Assembly: GCA_024405635.1 (NCBI GenBank) | Contig: JAKSOL010000003.1 | Span: 1-64,000, forward strand | Reading direction: 5' to 3' | DNA: 64,000 nucleotides | Source: Salinivirgaceae bacterium | GTDB taxonomy: Bacteria; Bacteroidota; Bacteroidia; Bacteroidales; SZUA-534 | In this document: positions 20,020 to 30,991 of the stretch, piece by piece | Layout of the letters: every line of letters starts with the position of its first letter | How positions within the stretch are numbered: the first letter of the stretch is position 1 | Made by a program: the position numbers and the translations under genes | The notes under the pieces: model-generated | What the model was told of the DNA's origin: nothing | Database searches by the model: none | The model's input: the letters and a program-made list of their open reading frames with translations, nothing else

Positions 20020-20604
20020 CTATTTGCCAAAATGATAACCAATGCCGCCCGAAACAAATCCAAGACATCCAGCTCCCACTTCGGCATATCCATAAATGCG
20101 TTTACCAACGCGTAAGCCTAAACAAGTTACTTGTCCCACAATTCGGGTTTGCATGTCGCCCTCTTCGTATTCGGTGTATTCGCACATACCAGCAGCGCCA
20201 CCTACGTACATTTTTACAAAGTCGGTGTTTAAGTAAACGTAGTTGGCGGTAACTGTTAGGCTGTAAAAACTTTTGCGAATGGTAATGTCGTCATTCGAAT
20301 TCTGGTCATATAGATTTCGTTTGTATTTAACGTTTTGCGAAAAGCCTGATAGGTTCATTCCAAACTCAAGGTGCTTCGTAAATTCATATCTAAACGAAAC
20401 AACCGCTGCAGGTTTCCAACCATTTGGTGTAACTGCTCTATAGCTGTTATCCCAAGCATCGGAATAATAGTCTGAAAAATAAAAATGGGTTATTGTGCTC
20501 GATTCGGTTACTCCAGCTTGAACACTCAATTTATTTATGTCCGATTGTGCTTTTGAAACAATGCAAGCCAGAGCAAGTGTTGTAATTAGAATTAGTTTTT
20601 TCAT
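20020..20604 (-). CDS. Small outer-membrane beta-barrel protein, paralog 5
   Basis: Signal peptide; C-terminus GLRVGKRIYGYAEVGAGCLGFVSGGIGYHFGK. Confidence 0.85.
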   Translation of the reverse strand: MKKLILITTLALACIVSKAQSDINKLSVQAGVTESSTITHFYFSDYYSDAWDNSYRAVTPNGWKPAAVVSFRYEFTKHLEFGMNLSGFSQNVKYKRNLYDQNSNDDITIRKSFYSLTVTANYVYLNTDFVKMYVGGAAGMCEYTEYEEGDMQTRIVGQVTCLGLRVGKRIYGYAEVGAGCLGFVSGGIGYHFGK

Positions 20605-20630
20605 AGTTAAAGTTTATTGAAGGTTGTGGG

Positions 20631-21182
20631 TTAAAAACGGTATCCAACACCAAATTGCATAACACCTTTGGCTCCGCATCCAAGTTCCATTTTGCCATAT
20701 AAGTCGTTTCCTATTCTAAGGCCCATTATGGTTACTTGAGTTGCTAAAAGGTCAGAATCTAAAGTTGGGTCTTTTAGATTTATAGACGAACCAATTTCGG
20801 CACTTGAGTACAGTGTTGCTGCTCCAAATTGTAGAATGTCAACTTTAAGACCAAACATGCAAGCTAATGCATATCCGTATTCAATTTCTCTAAGGTAAGA
20901 ATCTCTGTAAACATAATTGCCTTGTGAATAAGTAAATGAGGCACCAAACGATATTCGTTTAAATGTTTGGTAATACACCGATAGGTTTACGGTTGGATTT
21001 CCCATGTCGGCAATAATGTTGTCGTACGAGTCGCCAAATGGTTGAAAAAATACAAGTCCAGGAGTTTCTGTTGGTAAAAGACCTGCCGAACATTCAAGAG
21101 AAATTTTTGGAGTTTCGTCTTCTTGTGCCGATGCGCTAAAAAAGCAAAACGCAGAGGCGAAAATCAGAATAAATCGTTTCAT
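20631..21182 (-). CDS. Small outer-membrane beta-barrel protein, paralog 4
   Basis: Signal peptide; C-terminus GLRIGNDLYGKMELGCGAKGVMQFGVGYRF. Confidence 0.85.
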   Translation of the reverse strand: MKRFILIFASAFCFFSASAQEDETPKISLECSAGLLPTETPGLVFFQPFGDSYDNIIADMGNPTVNLSVYYQTFKRISFGASFTYSQGNYVYRDSYLREIEYGYALACMFGLKVDILQFGAATLYSSAEIGSSINLKDPTLDSDLLATQVTIMGLRIGNDLYGKMELGCGAKGVMQFGVGYRF

Positions 21183-21198
21183 AAAAAGGTTAGGTTGT
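21123..21198. repeat. 76-bp direct repeat, copy 1 (5' leader and signal peptide of paralog 4)
   Basis: 73/76 identical to 23029-23104. Confidence 0.9.
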
Positions 21199-21225
21199 TT
21201 TGTAAGTTGTTGTTAGACAGTTGTA

Positions 21226-21837
21226 TTAAAATCGGTAGCCAATGCCTATTGAGCCAGAACCAATGCCTAAATCGGCAGCAAAGAATGTTTTTTTGCCAAC
21301 TTGAATGCCTATTGGGCTGTAGTGTAAGAAAAATGGCCAAAATCCAACTTTTTTCGAATTGGCAATTTCGTCCATACTTGATTTGTGGTCGTCAACTGTA
21401 GTCATTAGTATTCCAAATCCCAACGAGGCATTGGTGTAAAGTTTTACAATGTCTCTTTTCATATAATAAAACCTAAACTATGGACTAAGACCAAACATTT
21501 TGTCCATGCAAACATACATTTCGTCTGGGGAGGTGTATTGTTTTCTTATGCAAAACAATCTGGTTTCAACACCCATTTCTATTCGTTTGCTAATGGGTTT
21601 GAGAGCGCTAAAGTTTATCGAAAATGGCGATGAGTATATTAAATCAACGTCAAATTCGGGACCACAACCACACGACACCATCCATTCGGATAAATCTAAG
21701 TAAATTAAGTCGGCTGAGTAGCTTGGGCCTACTGTTGCTTGAATTGCCCAATGTGGAGTTTCAGTTTCTGATTGTGCATTTAAACTATTGCTGCAAAATA
21801 GTATGGCACAAATAGTTAGCAAGGTTAGTTTTTTCAT
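21226..21837 (-). pseudogene. Outer-membrane beta-barrel paralog 3, interrupted by one in-frame TAG
   Basis: ORFs 21478-21837 and 21226-21462 are in the same frame: ...MFGLSP*FRFYYMKRD...; ends GIGYRF. Confidence 0.8.
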
Positions 21838-21875
21838 AATAGTTTAGTTTTTGTAGTTAATAATTGCTTGTTGCA

Positions 21876-22454
21876 TTAAAATCGGTAGCCAACGCCGCCC
21901 GAAACAAATCCTTTTATACCAGCTCCCAACTCGGCAGTGCAGTACCACTTGCTACCGTAGCGTATGCCTATAGCTGTAAGTTGTCCAAGGGCTTTTATTT
22001 CATCATTATCAGCAGATTTTTTTGTTTCGCGGCAATAGCCAACCGAGCCGCCAGAGTACAAACTGTAATTCGGTTTGTTTGTGTATAGGAATTTAACCGA
22101 TGCCATTGCTCCGTATAAAAGTGTGGTGTGGGTTTCGGTTTTGCCAGTTGCTTCATAAGTTGCTTTTGTTCTGGCTGTGCTTAATTCAATGTCGCCACCA
22201 ATTTGTATGTGCTGTGTAATTTCGTACATGGCACTAATCGATACTACTGGCGAGTAATGGTCAACTTCGTAGTATTTTTCACTGTAACCGTCATGTGGGT
22301 CGTACATAACCCATTTGTGGTTTCCAAAATGGCTGTTTTTGGTTGCGTTGTTTGTTCCTACAATTAGCTGTAAGTTCACTTTCTTCTCGTTGGTTTGAGC
22401 AGTTGATGCAAAACACATCAACATTATTACTGCAATTATTGATACTTGTTTCAT
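21876..22454 (-). CDS. Small outer-membrane beta-barrel protein, paralog 2
   Basis: Signal peptide; C-terminus GIRYGSKWYCTAELGAGIKGFVSGGVGYRF. Confidence 0.85.
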   Translation of the reverse strand: MKQVSIIAVIMLMCFASTAQTNEKKVNLQLIVGTNNATKNSHFGNHKWVMYDPHDGYSEKYYEVDHYSPVVSISAMYEITQHIQIGGDIELSTARTKATYEATGKTETHTTLLYGAMASVKFLYTNKPNYSLYSGGSVGYCRETKKSADNDEIKALGQLTAIGIRYGSKWYCTAELGAGIKGFVSGGVGYRF

Positions 22455-22479
22455 AGTGGTTTCTCTTTGTTTGTTTTTG

Positions 22480-23088
22480 TTATAGTCGGTAGCCTATGCC
22501 AACATTTGCAATGCCTTTGCAGCCGTAGCCAAGCTCAACGAATCCAAAAAGCTGTTTGCCATAATTTATGCCCAAAAAGTTAAAATGAGCAGCGCCTCGT
22601 TGTTTAACACCATCGTGTGCGCTAAACAAAGCAACGCCAACTGAGCCCGAAACATACATGTTCATGTTTTCGCGTGCCAAGTAGTTAATTTTTGCACTTG
22701 CCATTATTGCAAAAAAGTTTGCCCGAAACGAGTGGTCGTATTTAGCATCGTTGTTTATGTATGTGCCAGTTCTACTGTCCCAATATTTTCGTTCGTTTAG
22801 CGAGCATTGTCTTTTATCGGTGTAAAAAATCAAATTGGTACCCAATTGAATAAACTTGTTGTAGCATACATATCCGTCGGCAACTATTATTGGAGCTCTG
22901 CGTTGGGCGGGGTTAGAGTAATATTCTTTGCCCATGCGAACAAAATTTTCGCTTACAAATTTGCGATAGTCAGTCACCTCTTTTGGGTCTCCTAAACCAA
23001 TTTGTACAATGTACTTTGAGTTCTCGTTTTGTGCCGATGCGCTAAAAAAGCAAAACGCGGTGGCGAAAATCAGGATAAATCGTTTCAT
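22480..23088 (-). CDS. Small outer-membrane beta-barrel protein, paralog 1
   Basis: Start MKRFILIF; C-terminus GINYGKQLFGFVELGYGCKGIANVGIGYRL. Confidence 0.85.
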   Translation of the reverse strand: MKRFILIFATAFCFFSASAQNENSKYIVQIGLGDPKEVTDYRKFVSENFVRMGKEYYSNPAQRRAPIIVADGYVCYNKFIQLGTNLIFYTDKRQCSLNERKYWDSRTGTYINNDAKYDHSFRANFFAIMASAKINYLARENMNMYVSGSVGVALFSAHDGVKQRGAAHFNFLGINYGKQLFGFVELGYGCKGIANVGIGYRL

Positions 23089-23104
23089 AAAAAGGTTAGG
23101 TTGT
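23029..23104. repeat. 76-bp direct repeat, copy 2 (5' leader and signal peptide of paralog 1)
   Basis: 73/76 identical to 21123-21198. Confidence 0.9.
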
Positions 23105-23119
23105 GAGTTTTGTATTTTA

Positions 23120-23150
23120 ATGACAAATAACATAGTAAAAACCCTACGTT
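23120..23150 (-). promoter_or_regulatory. Candidate alternative-sigma (ECF-like) promoter AACGTAGGGTT-N9-TTATTTGTCAT
   Basis: The same bipartite motif with the same spacing occurs at 63904-63934; both sit just upstream of minus-strand starts. Confidence 0.55.
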
Positions 23151-23349
23151 AGGGAATAATAAAATTTAACCAATTGGCGAAAAAATTGCTTAAAGGTAAA
23201 ATTAACAAGCTTTGCTACATATAAAATTATGCCAAGCGCGTTTGCATTAAACTTTTTTGAATGAGAGAGTTTCCCACACTCAAAGTTTCTTAAATTTGAA
23301 CTTCGTTTGCGCAAAATAGCAACGCGAAAAACCTATAAAATTTTAAACA

Positions 23350-26160
23350 ATGGGAATAAAAAAACTCTTCTGCAAAGTTCTGCTTATAGTGTTATGCCTT
23401 GTGCAACATCCAGCTTTTGCATCCGACCTCACAGTTGGCTCTCGAGTAAACATCTATCCGTATTATTTCCTTTCGGACAATTCGAAAACTTCAACTTACG
23501 ACGGTATTATTCCTCTTGTTTTGCGCAACATGTTAGGCAATCAGTTCTTGCTTAAATTTTCAGGTTCCTTTGCCGACACTACCGACATTATTCTACAATT
23601 TGAAAACGACTCATTGTCCAACGCATACGACTGGGTAGCATTGCCTATGCAAATCGATTTTGTGGTGTGCTACCACAAGTCAAATGTTATACGGTCGATG
23701 GACGAGTTGCGCAAACGTAAAACCATTGTTGCAACAACATCAGACGTGTTTTCAACAATGCGACGAATGAACAAAGTGTCGATAATAGAGGTTGAAACCG
23801 ATAAGCAAGCTCTTGAAATGCTTTTAGATAGTACACAGCAGTGCGCATTGTTGCCAGTTTCGTACATGCGTCATCTAAAAAGAACATACAAGCAATTTGC
23901 AAACATCGAATTTGTTCCAACTCCATTTTTATCGCAACGTATTGGGTTGGCTGTGCGTCATCGCAGCCTAGTGCCTGCCGATTATATCAACGAGCGGTTC
24001 ATGGCTAATATGAATCGCGACAAGCAAAATCCAGAGTGGATTGAAACCATTATGCCATCAATTAGCAGCCAACGCCAGTTGCATGTGGCTCACATTTGGA
24101 TTGTTGTGCTTGTGGTAGTTATAATATTCTTGATTTACATAATACATCTTATTGCCATTGAACTTGGAGTGTCAACAAAGGAACATATAACCGAAATGGT
24201 TAAAACCAACGTTACTCCAATAGTGCTACCATTAGGCAATCCTATGATAAAAAAACTGCTTGACTATTCGTCGCTATGGTTTATGGTAAACGACAAAAAT
24301 GGTAAGATAGTGCGCATTAGCAGCACACTTTTGAGTCAAACAATTGGCGAAAAAGAACTACCCCAAAACTCATCGTTGACCGATATTTTCCCGCCCGAAT
24401 TAGCTGAACGTTTGCTTCAATACGATAACCTAATCTACACGCAACAACAGCAATCCGTGGTAGACTCGTTACGTTTTAAGCTACAACGATTTGAATCCGA
24501 TCGTTGGATAGTTAAATATCCGTTCCAATTTAGTGGTCAAAACGAAATATTCATCTTATCGATGATTGTGCCACCTTCCCACGCTAATATGTTCTACAAC
24601 AACATGTCAATTGAGGTGTTCCTAAAATCGGTTCTTGATACATTGCCTGACATCATTTATATTAAAGACACTCAAGGTAAATACCTGCAAGCCAACAAGG
24701 CATTTTACGAACTTTATAATCTTACAGAACAAGAAATAGTTGGCCATACCGATTTTGATTTATATAGGTCGCGCGTGGCCGACTCGTTCCAAAAAAGCGA
24801 TCAATTTGTTATTGATAATGGCACAACTTGGTTCGAAACTGAGTGGCAATGCGATGCACAAGGCAACCGCCATAAGTTTGAAAACAAAAAAGTGCCTTTG
24901 TATGACTTCGACAACAAAGTGTATGCAATTATGGGTATAAGCCACGAAATTACCCACCACGAATTGTATGATCAGGAATTACGCGAAGAAAAAGAAGAAA
25001 TACAACTAGCAAATGCTCAAAAACAAGAGTTCTTGATGAGCGTTGGCTCCGATTTTAGAGAACCTTCAGCATCAACAATTGAATTGGCCGATTTGCTTTA
25101 CGATAACGACCTTACATTTGACCAACGCGCCGACATTGTTGACTCAATTAAAGCTCATGGCAACCTTATGCTTGATATGATTAACGGTGTTTCCGATTTT
25201 TCACAAATCGACAACGATGCCATGCATATTAAAAACGAGTGGTTTAACATAAACTCCATAATGGCAAGCGTTTACAACAACGCCAACAACAAAAAAATTC
25301 AACTTGGCAAAGAAAATGTTGTAATGTCGTTAGCCTATGGCGCGTTTGACGACGAGGTGCTAGTTCACTCCGATAGCTTCCGCCTGCAACAAGTGCTCAA
25401 AAATGCCATCGATATAGGCTTGCGCTACACAAAAACCGACCGCATGACCATTGGCTACCAACTTGGCGACGACCGCATTTATTTCTACATCGATTCAATG
25501 AACAAAAAGAGAACACTTGACGATATTCGCCAATATGTGCTCAATTGTCAAGACTCAAATATTAAGCAAAACGACGATGCCATACCTTCAACCATTTCAA
25601 CCATCATAGCCCAACGATTGGTAAAAAAACTAAATGGTCGCATTTGGATTGATTTACACAACTTTAACGAGCCATTCATTTTGTTCTACATACCTTATTC
25701 AGCACACAAAAACGACAAAAAATCCGACGAACGCCGCATCGATGTATCGCAATATCAATGGAACAAATACAAGGTGCTTATTGCCGAAGACGAAGATATG
25801 CAATACACCATTTTGCAGGGTTTGCTAGCTCCAACTGGCATAACAATTTACCGCGCTGCCGATGGCGTTGATGCTATAAATATGTACGACGACATTCCAA
25901 ATATCAACATTGTGCTTATGGATATAAAAATGCCACGTGTTGATGGTTTTGATGCCGCTCGACAAATTCTGTCGCGCAATCCAAATGCTCTAATCATAGC
26001 TCAAACCAATGTTGCATCGCCCGAGTATATTAAACAATTCAACGACATCGGTTTTAAATCGATGCTCATGAAACCCGTGAGCCAATTGGAACTTTATCAC
26101 GTTATGGACAAATACTTGGGCAAAACAATTATTCCTGTTGACGAAAAACTGATTGAATAA
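23350..26160 (+). CDS. Hybrid sensor protein (periplasmic binding-like, TM, PAS, degenerate HisKA/HATPase, REC)
   Basis: PAS (LDTLPDIIYIKDTQGKY), REC (VLIAEDE, LMDIKMP, MKP); H-box reads SVGSDFREP. Confidence 0.8.
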   Translation: MGIKKLFCKVLLIVLCLVQHPAFASDLTVGSRVNIYPYYFLSDNSKTSTYDGIIPLVLRNMLGNQFLLKFSGSFADTTDIILQFENDSLSNAYDWVALPMQIDFVVCYHKSNVIRSMDELRKRKTIVATTSDVFSTMRRMNKVSIIEVETDKQALEMLLDSTQQCALLPVSYMRHLKRTYKQFANIEFVPTPFLSQRIGLAVRHRSLVPADYINERFMANMNRDKQNPEWIETIMPSISSQRQLHVAHIWIVVLVVVIIFLIYIIHLIAIELGVSTKEHITEMVKTNVTPIVLPLGNPMIKKLLDYSSLWFMVNDKNGKIVRISSTLLSQTIGEKELPQNSSLTDIFPPELAERLLQYDNLIYTQQQQSVVDSLRFKLQRFESDRWIVKYPFQFSGQNEIFILSMIVPPSHANMFYNNMSIEVFLKSVLDTLPDIIYIKDTQGKYLQANKAFYELYNLTEQEIVGHTDFDLYRSRVADSFQKSDQFVIDNGTTWFETEWQCDAQGNRHKFENKKVPLYDFDNKVYAIMGISHEITHHELYDQELREEKEEIQLANAQKQEFLMSVGSDFREPSASTIELADLLYDNDLTFDQRADIVDSIKAHGNLMLDMINGVSDFSQIDNDAMHIKNEWFNINSIMASVYNNANNKKIQLGKENVVMSLAYGAFDDEVLVHSDSFRLQQVLKNAIDIGLRYTKTDRMTIGYQLGDDRIYFYIDSMNKKRTLDDIRQYVLNCQDSNIKQNDDAIPSTISTIIAQRLVKKLNGRIWIDLHNFNEPFILFYIPYSAHKNDKKSDERRIDVSQYQWNKYKVLIAEDEDMQYTILQGLLAPTGITIYRAADGVDAINMYDDIPNINIVLMDIKMPRVDGFDAARQILSRNPNALIIAQTNVASPEYIKQFNDIGFKSMLMKPVSQLELYHVMDKYLGKTIIPVDEKLIE

Positions 26161-26191
26161 TAGTTTGACTAATAGATTTTTTTTGTTGTAA

Positions 26192-28222
<2,031 letters not shown>

Positions 28223-29560
28223 CTACTCCACAACTTTGTTGCACAACATAAACAAGCCGTTGCGAGTGGCAATAAGATTTTGCTTGGCCGCGTGCGAAAG
28301 TTTAGCAAACCGCACCTTGCGTACACTTTTCAGAAGAAATTGGTAACAACTCCATTGCAATACCCCCATTGCTGGTAGCAAAGCCATGCAAATGCTTGCT
28401 ATGTAGAAGTTTATGGCTAAGCCAATTGCTAAAAATGTGCCGCCATAAATCAGCGGAATGGTTAAAAGTACGCTTAGCCCATAACGAATTGAACTTTCAA
28501 ACATTTTGTCCTTTAATCTATTTATTAAAGGCGTGGGTGCTATGTATAACAATATGTTTGGTAGTGCTATGGCAAATGTTATGATTGTTACAAAGAATGA
28601 TGCAATAAGTTGTGTAGCAGCGTTTAGTAGTCCAGAGTTGGATTCTACTTCGGCATCACAAATGTTTAATTGCTTAAGGTTTTCAATATAATTGTTGGTC
28701 AATTTGTACAACTTTTCTACCAAGGCGGGGTTGTTGTTTTTGGCTTCTTCAAGTTTGGCAAATAACAATTTGTCGGCTTCAAGTTTTTGAGGCAACTTGT
28801 TGGGATTCAAATTGTTTGCTTTGGCGAAGAGATTGCCGTAACTATTTCGCAAAAAATCGATGGCATTGTAGTTAATGTCGTCGGTAATGTTGAGCATCCT
28901 GTTTTCAATTTGCTCACGAACTAAGGCGTCGAGTTGGCGTTGTGCGGTGCGAGGTTTGGTTTTGTACAACTCAAAAAATTGCTGAACAGAGATTGGCTTG
29001 CCAAATTTTAGCACCAATTGATTCTGAATGCCGAAGTAGTTTGAGTAGTGATTGCAAACTGGCAGCACTATCAAGTCCTTTTCAAAGTTATTCATCTTGG
29101 CTGCTTCAAATGCCATTTTGGTGTAACCCGACGAAAAAGCACCTAACCAATGCCGGTTTTGGTGCATTCCTTCTGGAAAAATTATAATGGTATTGCCATT
29201 GGCAAGTTGGCTTTCGGTTATTTTAAACGATTGCTCGTTTTTCTTCATAGCCTCTTCGCCGTCAACCATCATTCTAAAGGCCGGCAACAAACCAATGCTA
29301 CGCAAAAAATTGTTTGCAAGTGTGCTTTTCTCAAAAATATCAGCACGAGCCAAAATGCTTGGTTTACGATCGCGAAATGTTAGCACCAAACCTAATGGAT
29401 CGTTCATGCAGTTTTGGTGGTTGCATGCAATAAGTAAAGGGGTGTTGCTGCTAGGAATGTTTTCAAGTCCTATGCGGTAAACCTTGCGATACTGAATGTG
29501 ATTGTAGAAAAATCGCAGGTACGAACGAAAAATCCTATATATAGGATAAAAAGCATTCAT
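28223..29560 (-). CDS. PlsC-family glycerol-phosphate acyltransferase
   Basis: NHQNCMNDP, IFPEG, C-terminal TM helices. Confidence 0.85.
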   Translation of the reverse strand: MNAFYPIYRIFRSYLRFFYNHIQYRKVYRIGLENIPSSNTPLLIACNHQNCMNDPLGLVLTFRDRKPSILARADIFEKSTLANNFLRSIGLLPAFRMMVDGEEAMKKNEQSFKITESQLANGNTIIIFPEGMHQNRHWLGAFSSGYTKMAFEAAKMNNFEKDLIVLPVCNHYSNYFGIQNQLVLKFGKPISVQQFFELYKTKPRTAQRQLDALVREQIENRMLNITDDINYNAIDFLRNSYGNLFAKANNLNPNKLPQKLEADKLLFAKLEEAKNNNPALVEKLYKLTNNYIENLKQLNICDAEVESNSGLLNAATQLIASFFVTIITFAIALPNILLYIAPTPLINRLKDKMFESSIRYGLSVLLTIPLIYGGTFLAIGLAINFYIASICMALLPAMGVLQWSCYQFLLKSVRKVRFAKLSHAAKQNLIATRNGLFMLCNKVVE

Positions 29561-29588
29561 AACCTTTAATTAATTGGTTTCTAGTGAG

Positions 29589-30530
29589 TTATCTAACTAT
29601 TAAATATTGTCCCACGCGAAGCATAGTTGTCGATTTTATGCCATTGAGCTTGCAAATGTTGCTTACAGTGGTTTGGTATTTTTTAGCTAAACCGCTCAAA
29701 GTGTCGCCCGACTTAACTTTGTGGCGTATGCGTTGCGATGCGGCAGCCGATTCATCGTCAGTCATACCATAGTGCGAATAAATGCTGTAGTGATGTTTTT
29801 TTAGCGTTATAAGCGAGTCGCGCAACTGTCCGGTGGTAAAATCAAATAATCTTTCGGGGTCAAACGACTGGCCTTGGTAGCGAGACTCAAAGTGTAAATG
29901 TGAACCAGTGCTGCGACCAGTGTTGCCTCCATAACCAATCACTTCGCCGGCTTTAACAACTTCGCCTGCAGCTACTTTGCGGCCCGAAAGGTGTCCGTAA
30001 TAGGTTTCAAGTCCGTTGGCATGGCGAATAATGATAAGGTTGCCGTAACCTCCTGTTTTTGCCGAATACTCTGAAATTCGCACGCGACCATCAAAAGCAG
30101 CGTAAATAGGGTCGCCTACTTCAACTTTAATGTCAGTGCCATTGTGGTTGCGTGTGCGGCGCCAACAGTAGCGCGATGTGATGCGACCAACTGCAGGTGC
30201 GTGGTATGGGTGAATTGAATCGACAAGCATAAGGTCAACCTCGTCGGGTATTTCTTCTAAAGGAACTTCTTTGTATGCGTGAATTTTGCCTTCGTACCAA
30301 TTTAATGTATCAAATTGAGTGTCGTCAATCACAGGTCGGCCAATGTCAAAGTACTCCCAAGTGTGGTTGTCGTATATCACAATCTTTACAAACTTGTCGT
30401 CGGTGTTAAATGTGTCTATTGCTACAAGTTCTAAATTACTTGCGCTAGTTTCGGTTGAATCGGTTGCCATTTGAGCATTTGCCCAGCCAAACGATGCTAA
30501 AGCAAATGTGAGTAGTAATAAATGTTTCAA
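29589..30530 (-). CDS. M23 family peptidase with C-terminal LysM (start uncertain; TTG at 30530 assumed)
   Basis: HNGTD, YGHL, TGSHLHFE; HKVKSGDTLSGLA LysM. Confidence 0.9.
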   Translation of the reverse strand: MKHLLLLTFALASFGWANAQMATDSTETSASNLELVAIDTFNTDDKFVKIVIYDNHTWEYFDIGRPVIDDTQFDTLNWYEGKIHAYKEVPLEEIPDEVDLMLVDSIHPYHAPAVGRITSRYCWRRTRNHNGTDIKVEVGDPIYAAFDGRVRISEYSAKTGGYGNLIIIRHANGLETYYGHLSGRKVAAGEVVKAGEVIGYGGNTGRSTGSHLHFESRYQGQSFDPERLFDFTTGQLRDSLITLKKHHYSIYSHYGMTDDESAAASQRIRHKVKSGDTLSGLAKKYQTTVSNICKLNGIKSTTMLRVGQYLIVR

Positions 30531-30817
30531 AACAGGAATTTTAAAAATCAACGCGAAATTAAACTTTTTAAGCAAAAGCACTAAATGGCCAATTGTTAAT
30601 GTTTGTTAAACATTTAGTTTGAGGCATTATTGTTTTGTTGATTTTCTTTGAACGAAATAACTATATATTGTTGCAATTTTATGTTGGTTAAAGTTGAGTT
30701 TGCTACCTGTAAAAATCTCAGTTTTGTTTAAACTTTACATTAGCTTTAACTTAAAAATAATTCAATCTAAAGTGTTGTAGATTAAGCAATAACAACTTTG
30801 AATTAACTGTTTTTTGT

Positions 30818-30980
30818 TAAAAATAAACTCGCCCGAAATGGGTTAAAAACTATTGTTCGGGCGAAATAATCCTAAAAATAAACTCGCCCGAAGTGTATTG
30901 AAATGTGTTGTTCGGGCGAAATAATTTTAAAAATAAACTCGCCCGAACCGATGTAATTTGTATATTTGTGGCGAGTTAAT
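30818..30980. repeat. Array of three 55-bp units with alternating inverted half-sites TCGCCCGAA / TTCGGGCGA
   Basis: TAAAAATAAACTCGCCCGAA at 30818, 30873 and 30928; TTGTTCGGGCGAAATAAT at 30853 and 30908; degenerate sixth site near 30966. Confidence 0.92.
30961..30968 (+). promoter_or_regulatory. -7 promoter (TATATTTG) overlapping the last repeat half-site
   Basis: TAnnTTTG 23 nt upstream of the ATPase ATG. Confidence 0.6.
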
Positions 30981-30991
30981 TTCTTTGTGTC

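Noticed and set aside
21478-21480. Genome-wide TAG recoding or pyrrolysine
   Set aside because: TAG terminates well-defined genes in this window (ligA, glmM, def, higA), and no pyl genes were seen.
18794-23088. Integron cassette array or DGR target for the OMP paralogs
   Set aside because: The spacers are short A/C-rich translation leaders with no attC-like palindromes; no integrase, reverse transcriptase or adenine-specific template/variable repeat pair was seen.
30818-30980. Canonical CRISPR array
   Set aside because: Spacers are only 15 nt, there are about three units, and no cas genes; kept instead as a non-canonical repeat finding.
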